A stretch of DNA of 64,000 bases from Eledone cirrhosa. Lineage: Eukaryota. The DNA lies in NCBI GenBank assembly GCA_964016885.1, contig CAXHJY010001571.1, forward strand, positions 1 through 64,000, given 5' to 3'. Of the stretch, positions 1 through 16,559 are shown one piece after another. The position numbers were made by a program, and so were the translations under genes. Under the pieces are notes generated by a model. It saw only the letters and a program-made list of their open reading frames with translations. It made no database searches and had not been told where the DNA came from. Within the stretch, counting starts at the first letter, position 1, and each line of letters begins with the position of its first letter.

Positions 1-295
1 GGAGCTGTTGCTGATGGTGGTGGTGGTGGTGGAATGGTGTTGGTAGTGGAGCTGTTGCTGATGGTGGTGGTAGTGGTGGAATGGTGTTGGTAGTGGAGCT
101 GTTGCTGATGGTGGAGGTGGTGGTGGAATGGTGTTGGTAGTGGAGCTGTTGCTGATGGTGGTGGTGGTGGAATGGTGTTGGTAGTGGAGCTGTTGCTGAT
201 GGTGGTGGTGGTGGTGGAATGGTGTTGGTAGTGGAGCTGTTGCTGATGGTGGTGGTGGTGGTGGAATGGTGTTGGTAGTGGAGCTGTTGCTATTG
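1..295. repeat. ~44-47 bp minisatellite (ggagctgttgctgat(ggt)n-ggaatggtgttggtagt)
   Basis: About 6 tandem copies that differ only in the number of ggt triplets. Confidence 0.9.
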
Positions 296-608
296 GTGAA
301 ATGCTACTACTTTACTTACATCTTAGCCACAACTACGCTCAAAAGTGAGGCTTGACTATCAAGATTTCTTATTATTTTCTAGTCCTCGCCTTCGTTATCG
401 TCATGGACATCATCAGCACCAACATCATTACCCTCATACCCATGACCACCACCATCGAAATCATCATCACCATTAACAACATCATCATTTAAATTGTTAT
501 AAATATGATCCCCATCCAACTCATCATCTTTACCATTTATCCCCATCTTCAGCGTCAACACCATCATCAACTTCACAACATTTCGACCCCCCCCACTCCC
601 TCTACCCC

Positions 609-772
609 AGCCTCCTCCTCCTCCTCCTCCTCCTCCTCCTCCTCCTCCTCCTATCCCTTACCGTCACCCCACACACCACCACCACTACCACCGCCGCCAC
701 CGGTACTTTCACCAACACAACCACCACCATCACCACTACCAAAATAACACCACCACCTCCACCTTCACCACC

Positions 773-803
<31 letters not shown>

Positions 804-932
804 CCACCACCACCACCACCACCACCACCACCACCACCACCACCACCACCACCACCACCACCACCACCACCACCACCACCACCACCACCACCACCACCAC
901 CACCACCACCACCACCACCACCACCACCACCA
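609..932. repeat. (CCT)n and (CCA)n microsatellites
   Basis: Direct reading; explains the poly-G and poly-V ORFs. Confidence 0.95.
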
Positions 933-1015
933 TAATTACCAAAAGTACGAAACATATTGCTGATGGCGTTTGTAATTTCCAAATTCTTCACTTGGGTATC
1001 TCGTAGAGATCAGCT

Positions 1016-4170
<3,155 letters not shown>

Positions 4171-4391
4171 AGGGGGAGACATAGAAAGCAAGAAATATTG
4201 TAGAGGGTAGCTCGACCTGCTAAAAATACCAAGCAACCTCCTTCACATTACACTCCAGTGGATGAAAAAATAGGAAGACATATTGGATAAATGTTGCCAA
4301 AGATACATCCTTCCCGATAAAAAGAAGATACACCCTCTGAAACAAACACGTACTGGTCATGACTGAAACACCTTTGATTTTATATTGGCTG

Positions 4392-4642
4392 GATGGCTAT
4401 CGATCTAGATGGCTATCGATTTGGATGTATACCGATTTGGATGTGTATTGATTTGGATGGGTATCGATTTGGATGGGTATTGATTTGGATGGGTATCGAT
4501 TTGGATGTGTATTGATTTGGATGGGTATTGATCTGGATGTGTATTGATTTGGATGGGTATCGATTTGGATGTGTATTGATTTGGATGGGTATTGATCTGG
4601 ATGTGTATCGATTTGTATGAGTATCGATCTGGATGGGTATTG
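4392..4642. repeat. 16-bp minisatellite (gatttggatgKgtatY)
   Basis: About 15 tandem copies. Confidence 0.9.
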
Positions 4643-4799
4643 AACATCAATAAGCTATACTTATTCTACCCCCACCCCTTTATATCACTTTACCTAGTTA
4701 CATCTTAAGTCATCCAGTGGTTACTAATGACCATGGTTGTGCATCTAGAAAGTTCCTCCCCTCCGAGGTACAAGCCTGGGTAATGTTTATGTAAGACCA

Positions 4800-5042
4800 A
4801 CAGTCACCCATACATACCAGTCTCCCCTGTCCACGCCACCGGTGTTGTTCAATCGAAAGGCAATGTCCGATACAGCTTGGTAGTACCAGTGACATCTCAA
4901 CTGATTTCTACAGCTGAGTAAACAGGAGCAACGTAAAATAAAGTGTCTTGCTCAAGGACACAACACATCACACGGTCAAAGAATCAAACTCATAACCTTT
5001 TAATTGTAAGCCCAACGCTGTAACCACTAATCCATGTACCTT
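4800..5042 (-). mobile_element. tRNA-derived SINE with CORE-like domain
   Basis: Minus strand has an A-box-like tggattagtggtt, a B-box-like gagtttgattc, then tgtgtccttgagcaagacactt resembling the CORE-SINE motif. Related copies at ~23750-23885 (-), ~43120-43430 (+) and ~51110-51386 (-). Confidence 0.75.
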
Positions 5043-5190
5043 CTAGTTACACTAGTTCTACTAACACGAATGTATCTGGTGAAGTCTATTTTTACTGTCA
5101 CGGGATTTCATTGTAAAAATGAATGTTGTAAACTACATAATTCCGTATGTATCTGACAGGATTGTCTTTCGTATGCTGACCGTGTAGTTA

Positions 5191-5384
5191 CGAGGGTTTG
5201 TAGAATAGTTCATAGGCTGACTATGAAGAATTGATGTTAGAGCTGTGAAATCTTGCATGTATTAATTTCAACTCTATTAATAACTGCACTGTTTCTCTCC
5301 AGGGACTGTGTTGAAAAATAAACCTCATTTGGTCATTCCATGAGAGTATCTTGGTCAGCCTATGAACTTTTCAGCCGACCCTCG
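5191..5384. mobile_element. Mariner/Tc1-type MITE (~194 bp)
   Basis: TIRs cgagggtttgtagaatagttcataggctgac / gtcagcctatgaacttttcagccgaccctcg; TA on the left flank. Confidence 0.75.
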
Positions 5385-5504
5385 ATTTCCAAGGAATAGG
5401 GGAAACACTACACTATATTTCACATAAGAAAGTTTAGGAGAAAACATTAGCGCAATATAGAATTCTGCAGAGAAATTGGTGATTAATTACGGAAGCATTA
5501 AAAA

Positions 5505-5690
5505 TAATTGTTTCTAGTTTTGGCACAAGGCCAGCAATTATCCCAGTGTATTACTGGTACTTTATCGACCCCGTAAGGATGAAAGGCAAAGTTAGCCTCG
5601 GCGGGATTTGAACTCAGACCATAAAGGGCCGTAACTCTATGTTGCAAAGCATGGTGTCCGACCCTCTACCGATACTGCCAATCCACCGAA
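5505..5690 (-). mobile_element. tRNA-derived SINE (Meta-domain-like), the most abundant family here
   Basis: Consensus ggtggattggcagtatcggtagagggtcggacgcc...ctgagttcaaatcccgccgaggttaactttgcctttcatccttacggggtcgataaaataaagtaccagt. Other copies: 7680-7862(+), 25860-26014(+), 30072-30186(+), 33935-34115(-), 34140-34255(-), 34258-34440(+), 43545-43712(-), 44485-44535(+), 44615-44785(-), 45845-46030(-), 58872-59058(-). Confidence 0.85.
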
Positions 5691-5813
5691 GCATTAATCA
5701 TAATACAATACAAAGTTAAGATAATTACTCAGATAAGATACATATTTCACAAAAAGAAATAAACACATGAATGAATCTATCGATTCAATTTTGACTCTAA
5801 ATACCATTACGTG

Positions 5814-6110
5814 CAGAGCCGGATTTAGTAGAGGGTGAAGGGGGCACTTTCCCCGTGCCCCTTGCAGTGGGGTCCCCACTAGCAACGGCCGTAGCAATTT
5901 AATTGTGCCCTCAGCTGGGCGTTTTAGTTTTAGGAAGGTTAGAATTGTTGAATTTAATACCTGTATGTATAACATTTTAATTCCGATTACTTGTGCCAAG
6001 CTAACTTTAATATGTAAAATTGGGGGGTTTGCTGTGTATTCTAATTTATTGTGTATGAACGGCCTCCAAACCTGAACTGCCCCTCCTACTAAGGTCTAAA
6101 TCCAACTCTG
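5814..6110. mobile_element. hAT-type MITE with 8-bp TSD
   Basis: TIRs cagagccggatttag / ctaaatccaactctg; flanks attacgtg / attatgtg (7/8 match, CpG-type transition). Partial reverse copies at ~24045-24220 and ~38080-38250. Confidence 0.85.
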
Positions 6111-6313
6111 ATTATGTGTAGTATAAAGCAACCAATATAAAACCCAATATCAATGAAAGTCTAGTGTCATTGATGAGGAATTTAGGACATTTATTGTTTC
6201 AAACGAATTACAAGAACTCAGTGAAATATGGGAAAATGTTGATTAAGACAATAAAACTTGAACATGGTTGTGGTTTAAATACAGCATATACACTCACACA
6301 CACATACGCACAT

Positions 6314-6574
<261 letters not shown>

Positions 6575-7084
6575 TATGTATAAGTATATACATACATGCA
6601 CACATATAAATATATACGTATGAGTTTCCCGAACATTTATTATAACGCTCGGTTTGTTTGTAAACAAACTGCCCGAATTATTAGCCGTACAGTGTTTGGC
6701 AACCATCGTTGCCATTTTGTTCAACAAATGAACGATGAACTAGTTTCTAGCTTATTAGCTGTCATCAGCAACGTATACCTTCCTGTCAGTTGATTGAACG
6801 TTTGAAAGTATATACTTTCCTTATGCATATTAACGGCTGAGCAGCCTAATTTGCATATCGAGCGAGTTAGTCGGCCGGGCGTACCGAAAACGATAAATAG
6901 AAAAAAATGAAATATATGTATACAGACGTACAGTAGTATGTATATACATACATACATGCACACACATATATATATATATGTACGTATGGGTTTACATATG
7001 TACATATATGTATGTACGTATACATACTTATATTTAAGTATCAGCCGTACTAAGAGTGAGAAATGAAATTTCATTTTTTCCATT

Positions 7085-7166
<82 letters not shown>

Positions 7167-7307
7167 GTAGATAAATTTGTAAAACTTTTACATAGATCTA
7201 TATGATATACATACCAACACACACACACATATATCCTAAAATGATGAATTTTTTAATATAAGGAACTGTTTCTTTGTTTTTATTCATTGTTTTTATTAAT
7301 TTATATA

Positions 7308-7342
<35 letters not shown>

Positions 7343-7611
7343 TAGAGAGAGAGTTCCTTATATTCTGACGAAGGGAATTTTAAGTCCAAAAATTATTAGT
7401 ACAAAATAAAAATAAAAACAAAGATCGCCAGGTAACTAATGTTTGTTGCCTTCATCTTGTATTGTTTAGCCTTCTTACATACGTATATCACTTTCCACAT
7501 TATATATCTATTTACATATATATATATACAATATACATACATGAACACATACATACATATACACATATATACACACCGTCAAGTCAATCCTTCCCACGGA
7601 AAGCATTTTAA

Positions 7612-8018
7612 CCCTTTAGCATTTACATTACTCCATATTTTCAATTGTATTTTCATGGTAAACACTTTACTTCACATAAGGTGGATTGGCAGTATCTGTA
7701 GAGGGTCGGACGCCATGATTTCCACCATAGTTACGTCCCTTTACGGTCTGAGTTCAAATCTCGCCGAGGTTAACCTTCCCTTTCATCCTTACGGGGTCGA
7801 TAAAATAAAGTACCAGTAATACACTGGGGTAATTGCTGGCCTTGTGCCAAAAGTAGAAACAATAATTATCTCATTTAATATCGAATTTACGAGATTTTGA
7901 TATCATTTATTTTAAGAACAATACCTTAACATCAGTATGAGCGGCCGGTTACTGCCAGTTTGAACAGAAAGGGGTGAGAGAATTCTGGTTGGTTATGGCC
8001 GGTTTAAATGCTAAAGGG
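7612..8018. mobile_element. piggyBac-type MITE with a nested SINE
   Basis: TTAA-ccctttagcattta ... taaatgctaaaggg-TTAA; SINE at 7680-7862 lies inside. Confidence 0.8.
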
Positions 8019-8914
8019 TTAAACTGTTTTCGTAAATATGACGTATAATCCGTAGGTAATAACTTGCGGATATTTTGGGGGAAGCTGGTGAGAATCTAAA
8101 TGGACATTTGTATCGCACATTATCTCTCGCCAAGGTTTGGGAGTATTTATATATCTTTTATAGATTAGCTTACTAGTAGCTATCTGTTATTCCTCCACTA
8201 CGATCATGTATACCTCTAGGATAGATGTGTTCCATCTATCACAGGTCCAGGAGGGGTAATTCATCTAGTCACCGCTGCTGTTCTCTAGTTCATTGGATAT
8301 GTTCTAATATATAAGATGAGGGTTTGTTTCTCCATGATACTTTGTTTTTTAACTTAAACTAGGGTTAAGTTAATTCATGTGAGGAAAACTCAATAAATGA
8401 ATATTGCGCGAAAGTTCAGCGTATGGAGCATAGCTTTAATTCAAAAGTCTAACCATGTCACACAATACTGCGCTGAATCGGTTTGCAGAGTTACGTGAGG
8501 AGTAGACGTGTCTTTAGAATATTCACCTATTTTATAAGCTAATTCAATGTTTAGGTCTATCTTTTTATCAATCAACTGAACTTTCAGCCATCGTTCTCGA
8601 CGGGAGAGTCTGTCATGTATGTATATATGTATTTATGTTTATATAATTGTGAGTACGTAAATGTGTGTATGTTTGTTTGTGTGTACATTTAAACATAGTT
8701 GTGGTCAATATATTTTGGTATTAAAAGAAGATGAACGATGGGCAATGTCCTCTAGCCTTTGTTTTACTTGGCATTCCACCAAACAATCGAAAGATTTTGT
8801 TACATTTGGCAGCATTTAAGAAACTCACCGACTGAGACATACAAAACTTCGCTCCAGAACGTAACCAGCATACAGCCTCCTATTGTGTATAGATGTATTT
8901 ACAATTCAGCCGTG

Positions 8915-9021
<107 letters not shown>

Positions 9022-9082
9022 TATATACATATATACACATATATACACATATATATATACACATATATATATATATATGTAT

Positions 9083-9143
<61 letters not shown>

Positions 9144-9552
9144 CACATATATATATATGTATACACACACACAAATATATATATATATATACATACACAC
9201 ACATATATATATAAATAAATAAATAAATATATATATATATATATATTCATATATGTCTATGTGTATGTGAAAGTATGTGTGTGTGTGTCTGCGTGTTAAA
9301 TTCTCAGCATCTCAACGTAGAAACTGACTGTAAGATATGTTAATCACTATAGATAATAGTTGAGAAAGTCGGGTAAAATACCCCTAAAAACAGGGGGAAA
9401 AGGGAGATAAGTGCCTCTACTTTTTCATTTTCTCCCTGGGTATGTCAACCCGATTTCTTTCAACCATTCTTTATATTGATCAACTAGTATTACAGGCATT
9501 TTCTGTGCTGGGACACTTACATTTTAAAATTTCACTCTTCCATCCCATGTAT

Positions 9553-9601
<49 letters not shown>

Positions 9602-9803
9602 CATGCATACATATATATATATATATATAGTAATAAGGATATTTATATTTATATATGTTTATGACAACTATAAATATGTAGGGTAGTACTAAGTACTAGC
9701 CGGTTACCGGTAGGACAAAAGGCTCAATGCAAATTTTCAAGTGTTTTACAGAGCCGAGATACAAAGTGTTAAAACGATCAAATTTTAGTTTAGAACATTT
9801 ATT

Positions 9804-9850
9804 TGCTGACAATTGTCTCTTCTAGTGGGAAGTCTGGAATCATCGGAGCA
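9804..9850 (-). ncRNA. Type I hammerhead-like motif, family D (U4C, GAGAC variant)
   Basis: tgct-CCGATGA-ttccag..ctagaa-GAGAC-aatt-GTC-agca. Confidence 0.55.
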
Positions 9851-10066
9851 TAGGGAATGTCGAAACATGTGACGAAAATCCTAGTCATTTAGAACATTTA
9901 GGGTACATAATTGTTGTTAGTGTCATAGGCATCATGTGGAGAATCAGGAGTTAAAAAGATGTTATGCTTGAGAGAACACAATTACAGGCAGCACTGGTTG
10001 AAAGTGTAAGGAACAATTGTCAGCAAATAAATGTTGTAAACTAAAATTTTGTTCGTTTTAAAACTT

Positions 10067-10139
<73 letters not shown>

Positions 10140-10334
10140 GGATACTATTTATGGTTATGTATATATTAAAACTTTTTATAGTTATGTATATTTTAAACAC
10201 TAAATAGTGAAAGTCAGTAATTTATTACTAACTTATTACCAGTAACTCCACTGTACATCAATATATATATATATGTATCTGTGTGTCTCTTGCGTTGGAA
10301 GGGAGGTCAATTATGTGTACAAACATTGAAAAAT

Positions 10335-10379
10335 GCTCCGACGACTCCAAGCCTAGGTTTGGATGAAACAATTGTAAGT
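10335..10379 (+). ncRNA. Type I hammerhead-like motif, family D
   Basis: gct-CCGACGA-c-tccaagcc ta ggtttgga-t-GAAAC-aatt-GTA-agt, followed by aataaa. Confidence 0.6.
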
Positions 10380-10410
10380 GAATAAATGCTTTGAACATAG
10401 CTTTGATTCT

Positions 10411-10522
<112 letters not shown>

Positions 10523-10650
10523 GATAGCAAGTTATCGTTGGAGGTAATCCAGTTAGAGGTTGTGAGTACTCTGTACTATGTATAGTTTTAACGTAAATAA
10601 AACCCTTTTTGTAGAGCCGACCATGTTATTCTTCACTCTTTCACTACTAT

Positions 10651-10684
<34 letters not shown>

Positions 10685-10899
10685 TCAATTATTTTGTTTG
10701 ACCTGTTTGGCTTGCCTCGTCTTTTTGGCTTAGGTAGTTGATGGCTTCTTGACCGCCAACTCAGTTTGTTTGGCCTTTATAACTTATGTTATATATATAT
10801 ATATCGACCTTCGCCCCTCCCTCATTCCATCCACCCCACACTCCTTCGCCTCGCCGAGCTGGTCCTCACCCTCAATTGTTTCTCCTTCTCGGGTGAGTT

Positions 10900-11790
10900 T
10901 ACCAACAGGTCACGGGGGTAGCCATGGGTACAAGAATGGGCCCGAACTATGCCAACCTTTTTGTTGGCCATGTTGAGGCCCAAATCTTTGCCCAGTACAC
11001 CGGCCCCACGCCCGAACTGTACGGTCGTTACATTGACGACTGTATCGGAGCCACGACCCTCACCCGAGAACAGCTCGACTCCTTTCTCTCCTTCTTCTGC
11101 TCCTTCCACCCCTCCCTCCACTTCACCACCTCTATCTCCACCACCCACGTCCACTTCTTAGACATCTCCGTCGCCTTCGACCCCTCCCACCACTCCCTCG
11201 TCACCTCCACCTTCTTCAAACCATCCACCGTCTCCCCTTCCCCATCATCTACCACCCCTCCACCTTACCCCTCCACCGCACCATCCGCCGCCTCTTCCGA
11301 CGCCTCCAGTCCGACCCCTCCACCTCCCACATCTTCCCAACCCCACCACTCCCCTCCTTCAAACGCGCACGCAATCTCCGCACCCTCCTCGTCCACAGCT
11401 CCCTACCCCCCAACCCACGCCCCCGGTTCCTTTCCCTGTTCTAGGCCCCGCTGCAACACCTGTCCCCACATCACCAACACCACCACCTTCCAGGGTCCCA
11501 ACGGCCACACTCTCTCTCTGTCCGGCATGCCTTCCGCTGCACCTCCTCCAACCTAGACAGGACGTCGCCTGGCGGACCGATTCACTGAGCACCTCCGGGA
11601 TATTCGTCTCGGTGGTAGTTCCCCCATCGCCCGCCACTTTGGTGCCCCTGGACATTCCGCACGCCATCTCACAGTCTGTGGCCTACTCCAATGCCACGGA
11701 ACACCCGCCAATCTCCTTAGAGTCGAACAAAGAACTATCTTCATCTTACAGACCCACACTCCCCCCGGCCTGAACTCCCCACCCTTATTC
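10900..11790 (+). pseudogene. Penelope-like RT and GIY-YIG endonuclease remnant (frameshifted)
   Basis: ORF 10924-11556 plus an alternative frame at ~11555-11790. Confidence 0.85.
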
Positions 11791-13261
11791 CTTTAGCCTT
11801 CGACCGCCCCCTCCCCCCACACATATCCCCCACTAACACCACTAACACACCCCTCCTTTTCACCGCCCACCCCACAACTAACAATACTAACACCTCCACT
11901 CCACCCCTCATCCGACCACCCTTCCCCAACTAACATACTAACATCCCTCCCTTCTTCTCCCCCCCTCCTTATCACACGCACACACCCACCGGCACATATA
12001 TACACGCGCTCACACTAAACACACACCCTACTACCACCACTAACCCTCACCCCCGCACCTCCATCCCACCACCCCGCAACTAACCTCACTAACACCCCCT
12101 GACCCCAAGCACACGAACACAAGCACCCACTTACACCACCCACCCCACACGCAACTAACATCACTAACACCCCTCAACCCCACGCACACGTACCCACACA
12201 CTCTCGTACACCACCAACTCTACACACCCTACCACTACTAACCCCCACTCACACCTGCATTCAACCCTTTCCCCACCGCCCGTATACTAACACCCCCTTC
12301 ATCAAACTACACACACACCAGTACACCACACTCCCTCCATAGAACTACACACACCCTTCTCTCCCCGCTCCACCCACACCCTCACTCCACACTCACTCAT
12401 CCCACTAACACCTCTACTAATACACACACACCCTCCGCACTCCAACTTTCACACCTACCCATCCTCGCCCCTTTACCATTCCACCCGACTGCTGCTATGC
12501 CCTCTGACCACCTCCCAGCACAAACAGACACACAGCACTCCCACCGCTTGACCACTTCCTGTTGCGCGCGCACCCCACATCTCTCCTCTTTCGACCATCT
12601 CTTCATGGAATACTCGTATGTGGAACTTGACCACCACGGAATCTACTAACATCATAGGAATTTACCAACTTTTCAACCATCCTCTTACGGAATCACCTAT
12701 ATAACTCACCCACACACACACCCCAAACAATTTTTTTCTCCCACACGCCACCTACACCCACAACACGCTTGAACCCCACACACACGTGCTTTCCACCACA
12801 TATTTACACCCTCAGCCTCCTGATTCCTCTCCCCCCACCCCTCTATCCACACACGCACAGACACTCCGACCTACAACCCCCCCCCCCACACCTCTTCTTG
12901 AACATACAACCCCCTTCTTCCCCCAACCCTTACTTTCACATACATACACACACACACAAACATACACCTACACACACACACCACCTTCAGCCCTCCCCGC
13001 TCGGACACCCCGTCTCCCTCTCCCCACTCCACCCGCCACCACCCCTACACACCCCACACCCTTCCACCACCTGTTTTACCCCTTTTTAATTTCAGTTTAT
13101 TTTGATCATGCTTTTATATTTATTTTTATTTCATTCCTTTTATTTTGATCATGCTTTATTTTTATTTTTATTTTTAATTTCATTCGCACCGTTTCCTTTC
13201 GCTATATGTCTCTCCACCACTCCCCTACACACCCTTTGAACTCTGTTCCCACACACTTCTC

Positions 13262-13293
13262 ACCCGAGGAAGGGCTTATGCCCGAAACGTCGT
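13262..13293 (+). ncRNA. Minimal type I hammerhead in the Penelope pLTR
   Basis: ac-CCGAGGA-a-gggc ttat gccc-GAAAC-GTC-gt. The sister copy at 29243-29272 (-) has canonical CTGAAGA. Confidence 0.75.
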
Positions 13294-13381
13294 TCCCCAC
13301 CACCACCCCACTCTCCAGAGCGTGAAATTAATAAACATTCGTTGTACTGCCTCTCTGTTTTGTTCCTGTTCAAATTTTTCC

Positions 13382-13420
<39 letters not shown>

Positions 13421-13425
<5 letters not shown>

Positions 13426-13553
13426 AACGAGTAGGACCCCGACGGCTGAGCTCAAGCCGTTTCGACGGCTAATTCTGGACTCCAGAATTGTGGAGTCCAG
13501 AATTAGCCGTCGAAACGGCTTGAGCTCAGCCGCCGGGGTCCTACTCGTTCCTA
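13421..13553. repeat. ~133-bp near-perfect palindrome made of two hammerhead 3' halves
   Basis: Arms of ~63 bp with one mismatch around a gaattg loop. Diverged relative at 61386-61476. Confidence 0.85.
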
Positions 13554-13630
13554 TTACCCACTCTACTACCCTAAGTATTGAGTACTTTGGTGCGTTATGG
13601 TCCATCTGGTTCCTTACCACATTTCCTTCG

Positions 13631-13671
<41 letters not shown>

Positions 13672-13674
<3 letters not shown>

Positions 13675-13880
13675 GAAGTAATTCCGTCGGAAAAGTCCAG
13701 GAAAAAAGAGTCTCTACTTCTTTCGCCAGCCTCACTTTCATATAGATTGCATTTTTGCTTTTTAAAATCCAAATTCAATAAACAGACCAGGATTTTTTCA
13801 TTCTGAGGATTGAAAGCAAAATCTTTTGCTTTTAAGAAACCACTGGTAAATGGAATAATTGCCTTATGTTGTTTATTACA

Positions 13881-13886
<6 letters not shown>
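13672..13886 (+). mobile_element. Family B hammerhead element (internal deletion form); ribozyme at 13797-13854
   Basis: ttcatt-CTGAGGA-t-tgaaagcaaaa tc ttttgctttta-a-GAAAC-cact-GGTA-aatgga; matches 60372-61188. Confidence 0.8.
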
Positions 13887-13943
<57 letters not shown>

Positions 13944-14656
13944 CCTTATCGAGCCCTCTTAGGATTTTAGTCTTTACATTTTTTATTATTTCTATATATA
14001 TATATATTAGAAAATATATAGCTTTCACCGTATTTTTAACTAAAGGAATTTTAGCTTGATAACGGGGTTTAGAACCCTCAGATAAATGGAAAAAGATGAG
14101 TATTGACGTACATACACATATACATACATATATATAAGCATGCATCTACAAATTTATCTATTTATCTGTCGGTCCAGCCCACCATTCATACATCAGAACA
14201 GACTTTAATTTGGCGAAGAACTTAAATAAATCTCAAAGACAACATCCATCTATCTATTCATACACCTAGCCAATCATACCACCATAAACACATTGATATA
14301 TACATAACATTCACACTTGTATGTATGTATGTATGTGTGTATGTATGTATGTGTGTTTTTATGTATGTATGTATGTATGTATGTATGTATGTATGTATGT
14401 ATGTATGTATGTATGTATGTATGTATGTATGTATGTGTGTATGTATGTATGTGTCTAGGTAAGTTGGTATTTATATATGTATATATATGTGTATGTATGT
14501 AAGTAGGTATTCATATATGTATATATATATGTGTGTATGTAAGTAAGCTAGTAGGTATATATGCATGCATACATGTATGTACGATGTATGTATGTTTGAG
14601 TTTGTATGTATGTGAGTGTGTGCATGTCAGTATATGAGTATATGAGGGCATATATA

Positions 14657-15516
14657 CCTGTGTGTGCCTGTGTGCGCTTGTGTGCGTCTGTGTGCACCTG
14701 TGTGTACCTCTGTGTGCGTCTGTGTGTGCCTGTGTGCGCTTGTGTGCGCTTGTGTGCGTCTGTGTGCACCTGTGTGTACCTCTGTGTGCGCCTGTGTGCG
14801 TCTGTGTGTGCCTGTGTGCGCTTGTGTGCGCTTGTGTGCGTCTGTGTGCACCTGTGTGTACCTCTGTGTGCGTCTGTGTGTGCCTGTGTGCGCTTGTGTG
14901 CGCTTGTGTGCGTCTGTGTGCACCTGTGTGTACCTCTGTGTGCGCCTGTGTGCGTCTGTGTGTGCCTGTGTGCGCTTGTGTGCGCTTGTGTGCGTCTGTG
15001 TGCACCTGTGTGTACCTCTGTGTGCGTCTGTGTGTGCCTCTGTGCGCTTGTGTGCGCTCGTGTGCGTCTGTGTGCACCTGTGTGTACATCTGTGTGCGTC
15101 TGTGTGTGCCTGTGTGCGCTTGTGTGCGCTTGTGTGCGTCTGTGTGCGCCTGTGTGTACCTCTGTGTGCGTCTGTGTGTGCCTCTGTGCGCTTGTGTGCG
15201 CTCGTGTGCGTCTGTGTGCACCTGTGTGTACCTCTGTGTACCTCTGTGTGCGCTTGTGTGCGTCTGTGTGCACCTGTGTGTACCTCTGTGTGCGTCTGTG
15301 TGTTCCTCTGTGTTCCTCTGTGTGTGCCTGTGTGCGCCTGTGTGCGCCTGTGTGCGCCTGTGTGTGCCTCTGTGTGCGTCTGTGTGTGCCTGTGTGTGCC
15401 TGTGTGTACCTCTGTGTGCGTCTGTGTGTTCCTCTGTGTTCCTCTGTGTGCGCCTGTGTGCGCCTGTGTGCGCCTGTGTGCGCCTGTGTATGCCTCTGTG
15501 CGCCTGTGTCTGTGCC
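14657..15516. repeat. GT-rich minisatellite of ~10-bp subunits with a ~60-70 bp higher-order period
   Basis: Direct reading (ctgtgtgcgc/ctgtgtgcac variants). Confidence 0.9.
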
Positions 15517-15666
15517 TCAGTATACAATCTAATGTAAATTAACTGCAAATAATCCGGATTAAGACCTTAGAACATTCACGAAATAAGATGCGCTGATTTC
15601 AATGAAGGAAGCCTTATAAAGTAAGGGGAGTTGTCGATTGTAGGCTATATGATACATTCCTGAGAG

Positions 15667-15966
15667 ACACACACACTAACACACTAACACCCACCCACTA
15701 ACAGACACACTAACACATACACACTAACAGACACAGTAACACACACACTAACACACACACTAATAGACACACTACTACATTAACAGACACACTAACACAC
15801 TAACAGACACACTAAAACACACACTAACACACACACTAATAGACACAATACCACACTAAGAGTCACACTAACACACTAACAGACACACTCACAGATACAT
15901 TAACACACTTCCACACTAACACACTAACAGACACACTAACATACACACTAACACACTAACAGACAC
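15667..15966. repeat. Degenerate (acacactaac)n repeat
   Basis: Direct reading. Confidence 0.8.
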
Positions 15967-16054
15967 GGCTGCATTCAAACATAAAGGGATACAGAGATAT
16001 TTAAGAATTTAAAAGATCACGTACAAGTATATACACAGGCTCTGGGAGTGTACA

Positions 16055-16121
<67 letters not shown>

Positions 16122-16123
<2 letters not shown>

Positions 16124-16515
16124 CCCCTTTGTCAAGGCAGAATTCTAGGAGAAGGAAAACTCTGATATAACACCTGCAACCCTGATGGTATCCAATGATG
16201 TTGACTTGTTCTTCTTTTTGGTAAATATCATCTTGGTTAAGAGAGTGGGACTGGCTTTGTGCAGTGCCTTTGCTCACTATAAAAGCTTCACGGCACAGGC
16301 ATTGCTTTATATTTGGAGATCTCTCTGCACTTGTCATCACATGGTGCCATGGGCCCAGCACTATGTGTCAATAATTGTCACAAGTGTAGTGTTTGTACCA
16401 GAGTTTTCAAGTCGCTGGCTGGACTAAAAAGTCACACTTGTTCAGCACATCGGTAGGGGTTTTCCTACATGGATATAAAGTAGTGGACGTACTCGAAAAC
16501 GAGTTGGCAGCCACT
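16122..16515 (+). mobile_element. Non-autonomous RTE-derived element (5'-truncated) with (TATG)n tail
   Basis: Highly similar to 20413-21020, 49597-50003 and 50266-50874. Confidence 0.85.
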
Positions 16516-16559
16516 ATGTATGTATGTATGTATGTATGTATGTGTGTATGCATGTATGT

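Larger units (their letters stand above)
10806..13384 (+). mobile_element. Penelope-like retroelement, 5'-truncated and internally deleted, flanked by (AT)n
   Basis: RT motifs GVAMGTRMGPNYANLF and YGRYIDD; Cys linker PCSRPRCNTC; GIY-YIG C-terminal part TGRRLADRFTEHLRDIR...PIARHF; long C-rich 3' region; hammerhead plus aataaa at the end. Confidence 0.9.

Noticed and set aside
7361-7400. Hammerhead CTGACGA-aggga..tcc-aaaaat
   Set aside because: GAAA and stems I/III are lost; at most a decayed relic.
14511-15548. Long 240-345 aa ORFs
   Set aside because: Open in several frames on both strands because the GT minisatellite lacks stops.
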